Part shown: positions 20,151 through 29,366 of the stretch, one piece after another
How positions within the stretch are numbered: the first letter of the stretch is position 1
Layout of the letters: each line of letters opens with the position of its first letter
From: Oscillospiraceae bacterium
Lineage (GTDB): Bacteria; Bacillota; Clostridia; UBA1212
DNA: 64,000 nucleotides
Assembly (NCBI GenBank): GCA_015069195.1
Contig: SVJA01000004.1
Location: forward strand, 10,978-74,977
Reading direction: 5' to 3'
The notes under the pieces: generated by a model
What the model was told of the DNA's origin: nothing
What the model saw: only the letters and a program-made list of their open reading frames with translations
Database searches by the model: none
Position numbers and translations under genes: made by a program

Positions 20151-20921
20151 ATGTACGGAAATATAGCAAATTTTTACAACAGATATACTTCCGATATTGA
20201 TTATAAAAAAATCGCTGACTATCTGGAAAAATTATTCCGAAAGTACGGTCTTCCTGAAAGAAGTGACGGCGGCGACGTACCGATGATTCTCGATGTCGCT
20301 TGCGGTACCGGGGAACTTACCTGTATTCTTGCAAATCGCGGTTATGAGATGATAGGTCTTGATCTGAGTGAGGAGATGCTTGAGGAGGCTCGTGATAAAG
20401 CATTCTCGGAGAATTTGGATATTCTTTGGCTTTGTCAGGATATGTGCAAAATGGATATGTACGGCACCGTAAGTGCGATGATATGCATTACAGACGGTAT
20501 AAATCATATAGTATCGGAAAAATCTCTCCGGAACTTTTTCTTACGAATAAGAAATTTTATTGACGACGGAGGTTTGTTTATTTTTGACGCGCTTTCCGAA
20601 AATTACTTTGGAAAGGTTGTCGGGAATAATACTTTTTTTGATGACGGCGAGGATGGAACTTGTATCTGGACCAGTAAGTATAACCCTGGAAAAAAGCTTT
20701 GTAAGTATAACATAACATTTTTTGAATGTTGTGATGAAGAGGAGCAACTTTACGAAAGATACGATGATGTTGTTCGTGAAAAAGTCTGGTCGGACGAGGA
20801 GTTTGAGAATGCCGCCAATTCGGCCGGTTTCAGTGCTCTTGCGGTATATGACGGTATGTCACTGAAAAAAGCAACTGATGATACCTGTAGAAAGTTTTTT
20901 GTATTGAGAAAAAATAATTGA
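20151..20921 (+). CDS. Class I SAM-dependent methyltransferase
   Basis: Motif I ILDVACGTGELTCILANRGYEMIGLDLSEEML. Confidence 0.75.
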   Translation: MYGNIANFYNRYTSDIDYKKIADYLEKLFRKYGLPERSDGGDVPMILDVACGTGELTCILANRGYEMIGLDLSEEMLEEARDKAFSENLDILWLCQDMCKMDMYGTVSAMICITDGINHIVSEKSLRNFFLRIRNFIDDGGLFIFDALSENYFGKVVGNNTFFDDGEDGTCIWTSKYNPGKKLCKYNITFFECCDEEEQLYERYDDVVREKVWSDEEFENAANSAGFSALAVYDGMSLKKATDDTCRKFFVLRKNN

Positions 20922-21122
20922 TATAAAATGTTAAAAATTATCGAATTTTGTTTGCTTTTAAAATTCCGCTGTGATAAAATCCAACTTGTGAATGTCACCG
21001 GTTGTTTTGTACAGCGGGATATGTATATGCGGCCGGACTTATTTGTGTAAGTCTGGCTTTTTATGTTTCCTTTGTGCGAGAAATCAGTGGGTTTACGGAG
21101 AAAAAATTTTTGGAGGCAAAAA

Positions 21123-22316
21123 ATGAAAAAAATTATTGCTTTACTTCTCGTTGCCGTTATGGTACTCGGTTTGGTAGCTTGCGGCGGAGACAAAAAAGAC
21201 AAAGATACATTCAAAGTCGGATTTATCTTCCTTCATGACGAGAACTCAACTTATGACAACAACTTTATGATGGCTGCTAAAGCAGTTCAGAAAGAACTCA
21301 ATCTTACAGACGATCAGGTTATCTTTAAAGTAAACGTTCCTGAAGGCAACGAGTGTTTCGATGCTGCTGAAGATCTTGTAGATATGGGTTGTGACGTAAT
21401 TTTCGCTGACAGCTTCGGTCATGAGTCATATATGATTCAGGCTGCTAAAGAGTATACAGACGTTCAGTTCTGCCACGCTACAGGTACACAGGCTAAGGTT
21501 GAAAAACTTTCTAACTATCACAATGCTTTCGCTTCTATCTACGAAGGTCGTTTCCTCGCAGGTATTGCTGCAGGTCTCAAACTTAACGAGATGATTGCTA
21601 GCGGTAAGATTACTGCTGACAAGGCAAAGATCGGATATGTAGGTGCATTCCCGTATGCTGAAGTTAAATCAGGTTATACATCATTCTTCCTCGGCGCAAG
21701 ATCTGTATGTCCTACAGCTACCATGGATGTAAAGTTTACAGATTCATGGTTTGATATTGGTAAAGAAAAATCAGCCGCAGAGTCTCTTATGAGTGACGGT
21801 TGTGTACTTATCAGCCAGCACGCTGACTCAGAGGGTGCTCCTAAGGCTTGTGAAGCTGCAGGTGTTCCTAACATCGCTTACAACATCAGCACTATTTCTA
21901 TGGCTCCTAATACAGCTATCATTTCTTCAAAAATCAACTGGGCTCCTTACTTCAAGCTTATGATTGAGTCTGTACAGAAGGGTGAGGCTATTCCTACAGA
22001 TTACTGCGGAACAATCGAGACAGGTTCTGTTGAACTTACTGAACTCAACGAAAAAGCTGCAGCTGCAGGCACAAAAGAAGCTATTGACGCTGCTATGGCA
22101 AAATTCAAAGCAGGCGAGCTCAAAGTATTTGATACTTCTAAATTTACTGTAAAGGGTGCTGCACTCGCAGAGTATGCTGCTGACATCAACGGCGACTACA
22201 AACCTGATGAAGGCGTAAACGTAATCAAAGACGGTTACTTCAATGAGTCAGACGCTAATGCTCACAGATCTGCTCCTTACTTTGATCTTGACATCGACGG
22301 TATTACAATAAAATAA
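21123..22316 (+). CDS. BMP-family (PnrA/Med-like) ABC transporter substrate-binding lipoprotein, nucleoside-type
   Basis: Lipobox LVACGG. Conserved BMP blocks GFIFLHDENSTYDNNF, YVGAFPYAEVKSGYTSFFLGA, ISQHADSEGAPKACEAAGV. Start MKKIIALL with RBS GGAGG. Confidence 0.85.
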   Translation: MKKIIALLLVAVMVLGLVACGGDKKDKDTFKVGFIFLHDENSTYDNNFMMAAKAVQKELNLTDDQVIFKVNVPEGNECFDAAEDLVDMGCDVIFADSFGHESYMIQAAKEYTDVQFCHATGTQAKVEKLSNYHNAFASIYEGRFLAGIAAGLKLNEMIASGKITADKAKIGYVGAFPYAEVKSGYTSFFLGARSVCPTATMDVKFTDSWFDIGKEKSAAESLMSDGCVLISQHADSEGAPKACEAAGVPNIAYNISTISMAPNTAIISSKINWAPYFKLMIESVQKGEAIPTDYCGTIETGSVELTELNEKAAAAGTKEAIDAAMAKFKAGELKVFDTSKFTVKGAALAEYAADINGDYKPDEGVNVIKDGYFNESDANAHRSAPYFDLDIDGITIK

Positions 22317-22465
22317 TATTCGCTATTAATAATGATTATAAAGATGTTGAGCGAAGATTGTCTTCGCTTGACATCTTTAAATTTTTAATTTTAAAAAGAA
22401 TGTCGCAATAAATACTTAAAATTTGCGGGATTGTTTTTAAATTTAAAAACGGAGGTACTTCCAAA

Positions 22466-24001
22466 TTGCAAGAAAATGCTATAGAACTCAAGCACATAAC
22501 AAAGCGTTTCGGAAATGTTGTTGCAAATAACAATGTCAGCCTTTGTGTGCGAAAAGGCGAAATTCTTTCATTGCTCGGAGAAAACGGCAGCGGAAAGACC
22601 ACACTTATGAATATGATTTCGGGCATTTATTATCCCGACGAAGGGCACATATTCATTGACGGAAAAGAAGTTGTGATATCTTCTCCTAAAGATTCTTTCA
22701 AATACGGAATCGGTATGGTTCACCAACATTTCAAGTTAGTTGACCTTTTTACCGCTACAGAAAATATTGTACTCGGTCTTAAGGAAAAGGGACGCTTTGA
22801 TATAAAGATTGCAAAGGGCGATGTAAAAGCCATCAGCGAAAAGTATGGTTTTGCTCTTGATCCTGACAAGAAGATTTATGAAATGTCTGTTTCGGAAAAG
22901 CAAACCGTTGAAATTATAAAGGTATTGTATCGCGGTGCGGAAATTCTCATATTGGACGAGCCTACGGCAGTTCTGACTCCGCAGGAAACACAAAAACTCT
23001 TCAAAGTTCTCCGGAGAATGAAAGAGGACGGAAAAGCGATAATTATTATCACGCACAAACTTCACGAGGTTATGTCAATCTCTGACAGAGTTGCAGTTCT
23101 CAGAAAAGGTGAATGTATCGGCGTTGTAAATACCGCTGAAACAAACGCATCGACACTTACCGAGATGATGGTGGGCAAGAAAATTGAGCTTAATATTGAG
23201 CGCAGTGACGTTGTAAATCCTGCGGACCGTCTTGTAGTTGAAAATATAAATTATTTTGACAAAGAAGGCGTGAAAATACTTGATAACATTTCTTTTACTG
23301 CTCGCTCAGGTGAGATACTCGGTATTGCCGGAATTGCGGGTAGCGGACAGAGAGAACTTTTGGAGTCGGTTGCAGGTCTTATAACCGTGGCATCAGGCAA
23401 AATTACATATCATGATCCTGTGACAGGAGCAGAGGAAGACCTGTGTTCTAAAAATCCCGTACAGATACGAGATCTCGGCGTAAGACTTTCTTTTGTACCT
23501 GAGGATAGATTGGGTATGGGTCTTGTTGCCAATATGGATATTGTCGATAATATGATGCTCAGAAGCTACAACGACGGAAAAACTGTTTTTGTAGAGCGAA
23601 AAGAACCTAAAAATCTTGCAGAGAGAATTATCGAACAACTTGAGGTTGTTACCCCTAACGCACAGACTCCCGTAAGACAGCTTTCGGGAGGAAATGTTCA
23701 GAAAGTTCTTGTAGGCCGTGAGATTGCTTCGTCGCCTACCGTTCTTATGGCTGCGTACCCCGTAAGAGGACTTGATATAAACTCTTCTTATCTTATATAC
23801 AATCTTTTGACAAAACAAAAGGACAGCGGCGTTGCTGTTGTATTTGTAGGAGAAGACCTTGATGTTCTTTTGGAATTGTGCGACAGAATAATGGTAATTG
23901 CCGGCGGTCGAATCAGCGGAATTGTTGATGCACGTACTGCTACAAAAGAAGAAGTCGGATTCCTTATGACAAAGACGGACGGAGGGTTGGCAAATGAGTG
24001 A
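22466..24001 (+). CDS. ABC transporter ATP-binding protein with duplicated NBDs (BMP/nucleoside importer)
   Basis: TTG start with RBS GGAGGT. Two Walker A motifs (GENGSGKTT, GIAGSGQRE) and two signature motifs. Confidence 0.85.
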   Translation: MQENAIELKHITKRFGNVVANNNVSLCVRKGEILSLLGENGSGKTTLMNMISGIYYPDEGHIFIDGKEVVISSPKDSFKYGIGMVHQHFKLVDLFTATENIVLGLKEKGRFDIKIAKGDVKAISEKYGFALDPDKKIYEMSVSEKQTVEIIKVLYRGAEILILDEPTAVLTPQETQKLFKVLRRMKEDGKAIIIITHKLHEVMSISDRVAVLRKGECIGVVNTAETNASTLTEMMVGKKIELNIERSDVVNPADRLVVENINYFDKEGVKILDNISFTARSGEILGIAGIAGSGQRELLESVAGLITVASGKITYHDPVTGAEEDLCSKNPVQIRDLGVRLSFVPEDRLGMGLVANMDIVDNMMLRSYNDGKTVFVERKEPKNLAERIIEQLEVVTPNAQTPVRQLSGGNVQKVLVGREIASSPTVLMAAYPVRGLDINSSYLIYNLLTKQKDSGVAVVFVGEDLDVLLELCDRIMVIAGGRISGIVDARTATKEEVGFLMTKTDGGLANE

Positions 24002-25106
24002 TTTAAAAACAAAAAAACATGAGCCGGTGATTCACATCACAAAACGTGCGGATTTGGTTTGGTATAAGGCCTGGATAATACGTGCCGTTGCTGTTCTTGC
24101 AGCTTTGATTGTAAGTGCCGTTGTAATAATGCTTTTGACCAAAGAGAACCCTATACAGATATATGCTTCGATGATCGAAGGTAACTTCGGTACTGAAAGA
24201 AGAATATGGGTTATGCTCAAAGAACTTGCCATTCTGCTGTGTGTATCTTTGGCGGTAACGCCTGCGTTTAAAATGCGATTTTGGAATATCGGAGCAGAAG
24301 GACAGGTTTTGGTTGGAGCTCTCGGATCTGCTGCCTGTATGTTTTATTTAGGCGATTCGTTGCCGTTACCGGCTATGCTTATACTTATGTTTATTGTATC
24401 CGTAATTTGCGGAATAATATGGGGAATAATTCCTGCATTCTTTAAGGCAATATGGAATACAAACGAAACTCTTTTTACTCTTATGATGAACTATGTTGCT
24501 ATGCAACTTATATCGTTCTTTATAATGGTTTGGGTTCCCAATGGTTCCAGCGTAATGGGAGTAATAAACCCTCAGACAAAAAGCGGTTGGCTTCCAGAAG
24601 TTTTCGGACAAAAGTATCTTTTAAGTATTTTGTTTGTTGCGGTTACGACAATAATCCTTTTCATATATCTTAAGGAAAGTAAACAGGGATATGAGATAAC
24701 GGTTGTCGGAGAGAGTGAAAATACTGCCAGATATGTAGGTATAAACGTTAAAAAAGTTATTATCAGAACAATGGCAATATCAGGCGGAATATGCGGAATG
24801 GCTGGATTTTTGCTTGTTTCCGGAATCAATCATACCGTTTCGGCTAACCTTGCAGGCGGTGTAGGATTTACTGCGATCATGGTGTCATGGCTTGCTAAGT
24901 TCAACCCGATAGTTATGGTACTTACTTCGTTTATAATAGTATTCTTACAAATCGGTGCCGGTGAAATAGCCACATCGTTCCGCTTGAATCAAAGTATTGC
25001 CGATATAGTAACCGGTATAATTTTGTTCTTCATAATCGGTTGTGAATTCTTTGTAAGATATAAAATAAACTTCCGTACGAAAGAAAAGGAGGAAAAAAAT
25101 GCTTGA
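23994..25106 (+). CDS. ABC transporter permease (BMP-system, first subunit)
   Basis: Polytopic membrane protein. 8-nt overlap with the ATPase gene. Confidence 0.8.
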   Translation: MSDLKTKKHEPVIHITKRADLVWYKAWIIRAVAVLAALIVSAVVIMLLTKENPIQIYASMIEGNFGTERRIWVMLKELAILLCVSLAVTPAFKMRFWNIGAEGQVLVGALGSAACMFYLGDSLPLPAMLILMFIVSVICGIIWGIIPAFFKAIWNTNETLFTLMMNYVAMQLISFFIMVWVPNGSSVMGVINPQTKSGWLPEVFGQKYLLSILFVAVTTIILFIYLKESKQGYEITVVGESENTARYVGINVKKVIIRTMAISGGICGMAGFLLVSGINHTVSANLAGGVGFTAIMVSWLAKFNPIVMVLTSFIIVFLQIGAGEIATSFRLNQSIADIVTGIILFFIIGCEFFVRYKINFRTKEKEEKNA

Positions 25107-26067
25107 GAAAATAATTGCTTTTATTTGCGCAGCGATAGTGCAGGGTATTCCTCTTTTGTACGGCGCAACAGGTGAAATTATTACCGAGAAAAGCGGTAAT
25201 CTGAACTTGGGAATTCCCGGAATAATGTATGTCGGCGGTATATCAGGTATTATAGGAGGATACTTCTATGAGAAAAGTACGGCTGAACCTAATGTTGTGC
25301 TTTGCATATTGATTCCTCTTCTTGCTTGTATAATAGGATCAGTATTGATGTCGTTGATATACAGCTTTCTGACAATAACTTTGCATGCAAACCAAAATGT
25401 AACAGGTCTTGCTCTTACTACTTTCGGAATGGGTATCGGTAACTTCTTCGGCGGCTCGCTTTTGAGCTTCTTTGGTGAGAGCGGTTCAATATCACTTCTT
25501 ACAACCGGTACTTATTATGCAACTCCGTTGGGCTTCTCAATAGGAAAGATTGAAATATCTTTCGGATTTATGGCCTATCTGGCTGTAATTATTGCTTTGG
25601 CAACATCGTTTGTCCTTAATCGTACGAGAGTAGGTCTCCATCTACGTGCTGTCGGTGAAAATCCGGCTACGGCAGATGCGGCAGGTATAAATGTAACATT
25701 GTACAAATATCTTGCGACTTGTATCGGCGGAGCCATTGCCGGAATGGGTGGTCTGTACTTCGTTATGGACTATACTACGGGTGCATGGACAAACAACGGT
25801 TTCGGTGACAGAGGCTGGCTTGCTGTAGCGATAGTAATATTTGCTCTGTGGAAACCAAAGTCTGCAATCTGGTGTTCGTTTGTATTCGGCGGACTTTATA
25901 TAGTTTGCGTGTACATCCCCGGATTGTCGTCTGCGACGAAGGAATTGATAAATATGCTCCCGTACATTGTAACAATACTTGTTCTTATCATTACAAGTGC
26001 CAGAAAGAAACGTGAGCATCAGCCTCCTGCAAGTCTCGGACTTCCGTATTTCAGAGAAGAAAGATAA
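25099..26067 (+). CDS. ABC transporter permease (BMP-system, second subunit)
   Basis: Polytopic. Overlaps the previous permease by 8 nt. Confidence 0.8.
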   Translation: MLEKIIAFICAAIVQGIPLLYGATGEIITEKSGNLNLGIPGIMYVGGISGIIGGYFYEKSTAEPNVVLCILIPLLACIIGSVLMSLIYSFLTITLHANQNVTGLALTTFGMGIGNFFGGSLLSFFGESGSISLLTTGTYYATPLGFSIGKIEISFGFMAYLAVIIALATSFVLNRTRVGLHLRAVGENPATADAAGINVTLYKYLATCIGGAIAGMGGLYFVMDYTTGAWTNNGFGDRGWLAVAIVIFALWKPKSAIWCSFVFGGLYIVCVYIPGLSSATKELINMLPYIVTILVLIITSARKKREHQPPASLGLPYFREER

Positions 26068-26144
26068 CTTAAATAAAGTATTATATGATTGCGGGTGCTG
26101 TCTGGGTATGGATGCGCCCGTAAGTTTTTATAGAAACATTTTGT

Positions 26145-26173
26145 TTGACTTTAAGATAATAATATGATATTAT
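26145..26173 (+). promoter_or_regulatory. Sigma-A promoter TTGACT-17-TGaTATTAT for the amino-acid ABC operon
   Basis: TTGACT at 26145-26150, 17-nt spacer, extended -10 at 26165-26173. Confidence 0.55.
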
Positions 26174-26262
26174 GCTGTCGGTTTAGCAAAGTAAAGTAAA
26201 AAAGCAAAGCTTGCTGAATCATAAAGCTACAGAAAATTATTGATTTTGAAAGGAAGTTCATT

Positions 26263-27168
26263 ATGAAACGTACAATTACAACTATTCTTTCCGTTATGCT
26301 TATTGTTGCGACATTGTTTACCTTTGTTGCATGCGACGGAGATAAGAAAGATGAAAACAATAACAAATTCGGTAAGGAGCTCCTCGGTGTTACATCACAG
26401 CTCGATGCTCTTAACGGACTTAAGAAAGGTGACGCTGACATCGCAGTTATCGACTCTGTTATGGCAGGTTACTACATGAACAGCACAGAAGAGTTCAAAG
26501 ATTATCAGGTTCTTGATAAAGTTGCTCTTGCTGAAGAAAAGTACGGTATTGCCGCTAAGAAAGGCAACGAAGCTCTTATGTCAAAGATTAATGAAGCTCT
26601 TATCGCTCTCGTTGATTCAGACTATAAGACAGTAGCTGCTACATACGGACTTACAACTGAGCTCCTCGTAAAGGCTGACACAACAAACCCTTATGCAAAC
26701 GCAACTGACAAGTCCTGGGATGATGTTGCTGCTGCAAAGAAACTTATCGTAGGTTACACACTCTTTGCTCCTATCGCTTACAATGACGGCGAAGGCGCTG
26801 ATGCAAAACTCGTAGGTTTTGATATTGACCTTGCTAAGGCTGTTGTAAAATATCTTAACACAACATATTCTACAGAAGTTGAAATCGAATTTATCGTAAT
26901 TGACTGGAATCAGAAAGAAGCTCTTCTTGAGAACGGTTCTATTGACCTTGTTTGGAACGGTATGACAATTACTCCCGAGAGAGAAGCAGGTATGTGTGTT
27001 TCAGTTCCTTATCTTGCAAACAAGCAGGTTGCTATTGCTTCAAAGACTGACGCTGAAAAGTACAACAAAGCGTATGATGAGTTTGTAACATTGACAGCAG
27101 ATGCAGTTATCATTGTTGAGAAAGGTTCTGCAGGAGAGTCACAGGTTCTTCCTGACGAAGAGAAATAA
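26263..27168 (+). CDS. Amino-acid ABC transporter substrate-binding lipoprotein (family 3 SBP)
   Basis: Lipobox FVACDG. Tandem SBP_bac_3-like halves. Confidence 0.85.
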   Translation: MKRTITTILSVMLIVATLFTFVACDGDKKDENNNKFGKELLGVTSQLDALNGLKKGDADIAVIDSVMAGYYMNSTEEFKDYQVLDKVALAEEKYGIAAKKGNEALMSKINEALIALVDSDYKTVAATYGLTTELLVKADTTNPYANATDKSWDDVAAAKKLIVGYTLFAPIAYNDGEGADAKLVGFDIDLAKAVVKYLNTTYSTEVEIEFIVIDWNQKEALLENGSIDLVWNGMTITPEREAGMCVSVPYLANKQVAIASKTDAEKYNKAYDEFVTLTADAVIIVEKGSAGESQVLPDEEK

Positions 27169-27171
27169 TAA

Positions 27172-27858
27172 ATGGAATTTTGGCCGTTAATTTATGAATT
27201 GTGCGAAGGCTTCAGTTTAACGCTGAAGCTTTTTGCACTTACTTTAGTTTTTTCAATTCCGCTCGGTTTTATTTGTTCCTTTGCAGCTATGTCGCCATTC
27301 AAACCGCTTAGCTGGCTTATGAACGGAATTATATGGATAGTCAGAGGTACACCGCTCCTTTTGCAGTGTATCATTGTGACGTTTATACCATCTACACTTC
27401 TTGATATGCCTAACAAGGACTTTGCTGCAATGCTTCATATAGACACGATGGCAGACTTGCAGTTCTTGTTTGTACTGATTGCATTTTCCCTTAACTACGC
27501 ATGTTATTTTGCCGTTATTTTCGAAGGCGGAATAAAGAATGTGTCGGTAGGTCAGCACGAAGCCGGTCAGGTTCTCGGAATGACAAAAGGACAGATCTTC
27601 AGACATGTAATATTAATGCAGGTTGTCAGAAAAATTACAGCTCCGATGAGTAACGAAATTATTACTCTCGTAAAAGATACGGCTCTTGCAAGGGCACTCA
27701 GCGTTGTTGAAATCATTGCAGTTGCATATCAGAATGTAAACAAATTTGCGGTATTGTCGCCGCTTATCTACGCAAGCGTTTTCTATCTTGCATTCAGCGG
27801 AATTCTTACGATTGTATTCCACTTGGTTGAAAAGAAACTCAGTTACTACACTGTATAA
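27172..27858 (+). CDS. Amino-acid ABC transporter permease (HisM/GlnP type)
   Basis: EAA-like loop ...[38 protein letters not shown]. Confidence 0.85.
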   Translation: MEFWPLIYELCEGFSLTLKLFALTLVFSIPLGFICSFAAMSPFKPLSWLMNGIIWIVRGTPLLLQCIIVTFIPSTLLDMPNKDFAAMLHIDTMADLQFLFVLIAFSLNYACYFAVIFEGGIKNVSVGQHEAGQVLGMTKGQIFRHVILMQVVRKITAPMSNEIITLVKDTALARALSVVEIIAVAYQNVNKFAVLSPLIYASVFYLAFSGILTIVFHLVEKKLSYYTV

Positions 27859-27875
27859 TAGTTTGGGAGATAAAA

Positions 27876-28658
27876 ATGAATGTACTTGAAGTAAAAAATT
27901 TAACAAAAAGCTTCGGCGACCATCAGGTTATCAAAGGCGTATCGTTCACTCTCAAACAGGGCGAGGTACTGGTTCTGATAGGTTCATCCGGAAGCGGCAA
28001 AACGACTCTGTTGCGATGCCTCAATTTTCTTGAAACCCCTGACGGCGGCATCGTAAATGTCTTAGGCGAAGATGTATTCAATGCAGCACTTCATCGCAAA
28101 TTGACCGAAAAAATGCTTCGCGACCGAAGACTTCACTTCGGACTTGTTTTCCAGTCGTTTAATTTATTTCCGCAACACAATGTCCTTAAAAATGTAACTC
28201 TGGCACCGCTCCTTCGCCTCAAAGAAAAGAAACTTCCAAAGGCTGAAATGAAGAAGGCGCAAGAGGAAATAATCGAGAACGGCAAGCAGTTGATTTCAAT
28301 GGTGGGGTTGTCCGATAAACTTGACGCATATCCTTGCACATTATCGGGTGGTCAACAGCAACGTGTAGCAATTGCACGTGCCCTAGCTCTCAACCCGGAT
28401 ATACTGTGTTTTGACGAACCGACATCTGCGCTTGATCCGGAGCTTACCGGAGAGGTATTGCGAGTTATCCGTTCCCTTAAAGACCAAGGAAGAACAATGA
28501 TTGTCGTTACTCACGAGATGGAATTTGCAAAGAATGTTGCAGATCATGTGATTTATATGGCGGATGGCGTGATAGAAGAAGAGGGTACACCTGCTGATGT
28601 GTTTGATAATCCGCAGTCCGAAAGAACGAAAGCTTTTTTGGCAGCAGGAAAGAAGTAA
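27876..28658 (+). CDS. Amino-acid ABC transporter ATP-binding protein (GlnQ-like)
   Basis: [33 protein letters not shown]. Confidence 0.9.
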   Translation: MNVLEVKNLTKSFGDHQVIKGVSFTLKQGEVLVLIGSSGSGKTTLLRCLNFLETPDGGIVNVLGEDVFNAALHRKLTEKMLRDRRLHFGLVFQSFNLFPQHNVLKNVTLAPLLRLKEKKLPKAEMKKAQEEIIENGKQLISMVGLSDKLDAYPCTLSGGQQQRVAIARALALNPDILCFDEPTSALDPELTGEVLRVIRSLKDQGRTMIVVTHEMEFAKNVADHVIYMADGVIEEEGTPADVFDNPQSERTKAFLAAGKK

Positions 28659-28660
28659 AG

Positions 28661-28737
28661 AAAATTCTACAGGGGCTATGTAAAATTATGGTTTACGTTC
28701 CGTAAAAAAAATTTTACATAGCCCCTGTAGAATTTTT
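28661..28737. terminator. Long perfect hairpin (~27-bp arms) directly after the ABC ATPase gene; probable bidirectional terminator and first part of the composite element
   Basis: GAAAATTCTACAGGGGCTATGTAAAATT - loop ATGGTTTACGTTCCGTAAAAA - AATTTTACATAGCCCCTGTAGAATTTTTTC. Confidence 0.7.
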
Positions 28738-28770
28738 TCGAATGTTTTGTCGGTGCAGAGTTTTCAGCTA

Positions 28771-28799
28771 TTGACACGATTTTTTGAGTAAGTTAATAT
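28771..28799 (+). promoter_or_regulatory. Sigma-A promoter TTGACA-17-TAATAT driving the small RNA (copy A)
   Basis: TTGACA at 28771-28776, 17-nt spacer, TAATAT at 28794-28799. The conserved RNA body starts 8 nt later. Confidence 0.6.
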
Positions 28800-28805
28800 A
28801 CTAAA

Positions 28806-28902
28806 AAGGGCATTGCCTGAAACGGTTATGCTCCTTGGAAGATTATTTTAGGGAATGGCTGCGTTCGTTGGTAAAATTATAGAGCGCAGTCATTTTTGTT
28901 GG
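28806..28902 (+). ncRNA. Candidate ~95-nt small RNA (copy A); putative type I antitoxin convergently overlapping a BsrG-like toxin gene
   Basis: Bounded by a consensus promoter and a 3' hairpin GCTGCG...CGCAGT plus U-run (CATTTTTGTT). About 80% identical to a second promoter-plus-terminator unit at 52726-52824. Contains the anti-SD-like UGCUCCUUGG. Confidence 0.55.
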
Positions 28903-28973
28903 CTTTTATAAAAAATTATAAAGATAAGTTCTAATATGTTAAGTGTGATCATTAGAGTTTCGTATGTGCTCAT
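28890..28973 (-). CDS. 27-aa hydrophobic peptide MSTYETLMITLNILELIFIIFYKSQQK; candidate type I toxin (BsrG-like)
   Basis: ATG preceded by GGAGGTGA with 8-nt spacing. Single TM helix plus a polar SQQK tail. Its 3' end overlaps the plus-strand RNA 3' end by 13 nt. Resembles B. subtilis BsrG (MTVYESLMIMINF...SSQKKK, recalled from memory). Confidence 0.5.
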   Translation of the reverse strand: MSTYETLMITLNILELIFIIFYKSQQK

Positions 28974-29176
28974 GCCAATCACCTCCTCTACGTCGGTGTG
29001 GACTTCATGACATTCGTTATGGCACAAAACCATCACTCACTCATTTCGTCACGCTTTCTTTTCGCAAAAAGTCACGCTCTGCAAACCTGTTCAGTTGTAA
29101 ACGCCTTCACAACGGTTTGCTGTCGCTACCAACTTTTTACGACTGAAAGGAGTAACCCAACCGACAAATATTCTAA

Positions 29177-29258
29177 CCCCAAACAGAACGCTGAAGGAAT
29201 ATTCTTTTTACGGACAAAGGACGTAAAAAGAATATTCCTTCAGCGTTCTGTTTGGGGG
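29177..29258. repeat. Perfect palindrome with 34-bp arms and 13-nt loop, abutting the pckA -35
   Basis: CCCCAAACAGAACGCTGAAGGAATATTCTTTTTA - CGGACAAAGGACG - exact reverse complement. The apex reads TTTACG..CGTAAA, as in two other long hairpins. Confidence 0.65.
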
Positions 29259-29287
29259 TTGACAACCAACCCAAAAAAACATAAAAT
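29259..29287 (+). promoter_or_regulatory. pckA promoter TTGACA-17-TAAAAT
   Basis: TTGACA at 29259-29264, 17-nt spacer ACCAACCCAAAAAAACA, TAAAAT at 29282-29287. Confidence 0.6.
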
Positions 29288-29366
29288 CAATTAATATGTA
29301 TTTTTATACATATTATAAAATGGGTAATGATATGTATTTATTGCAGAATCTTAGGAGGATTTATAT

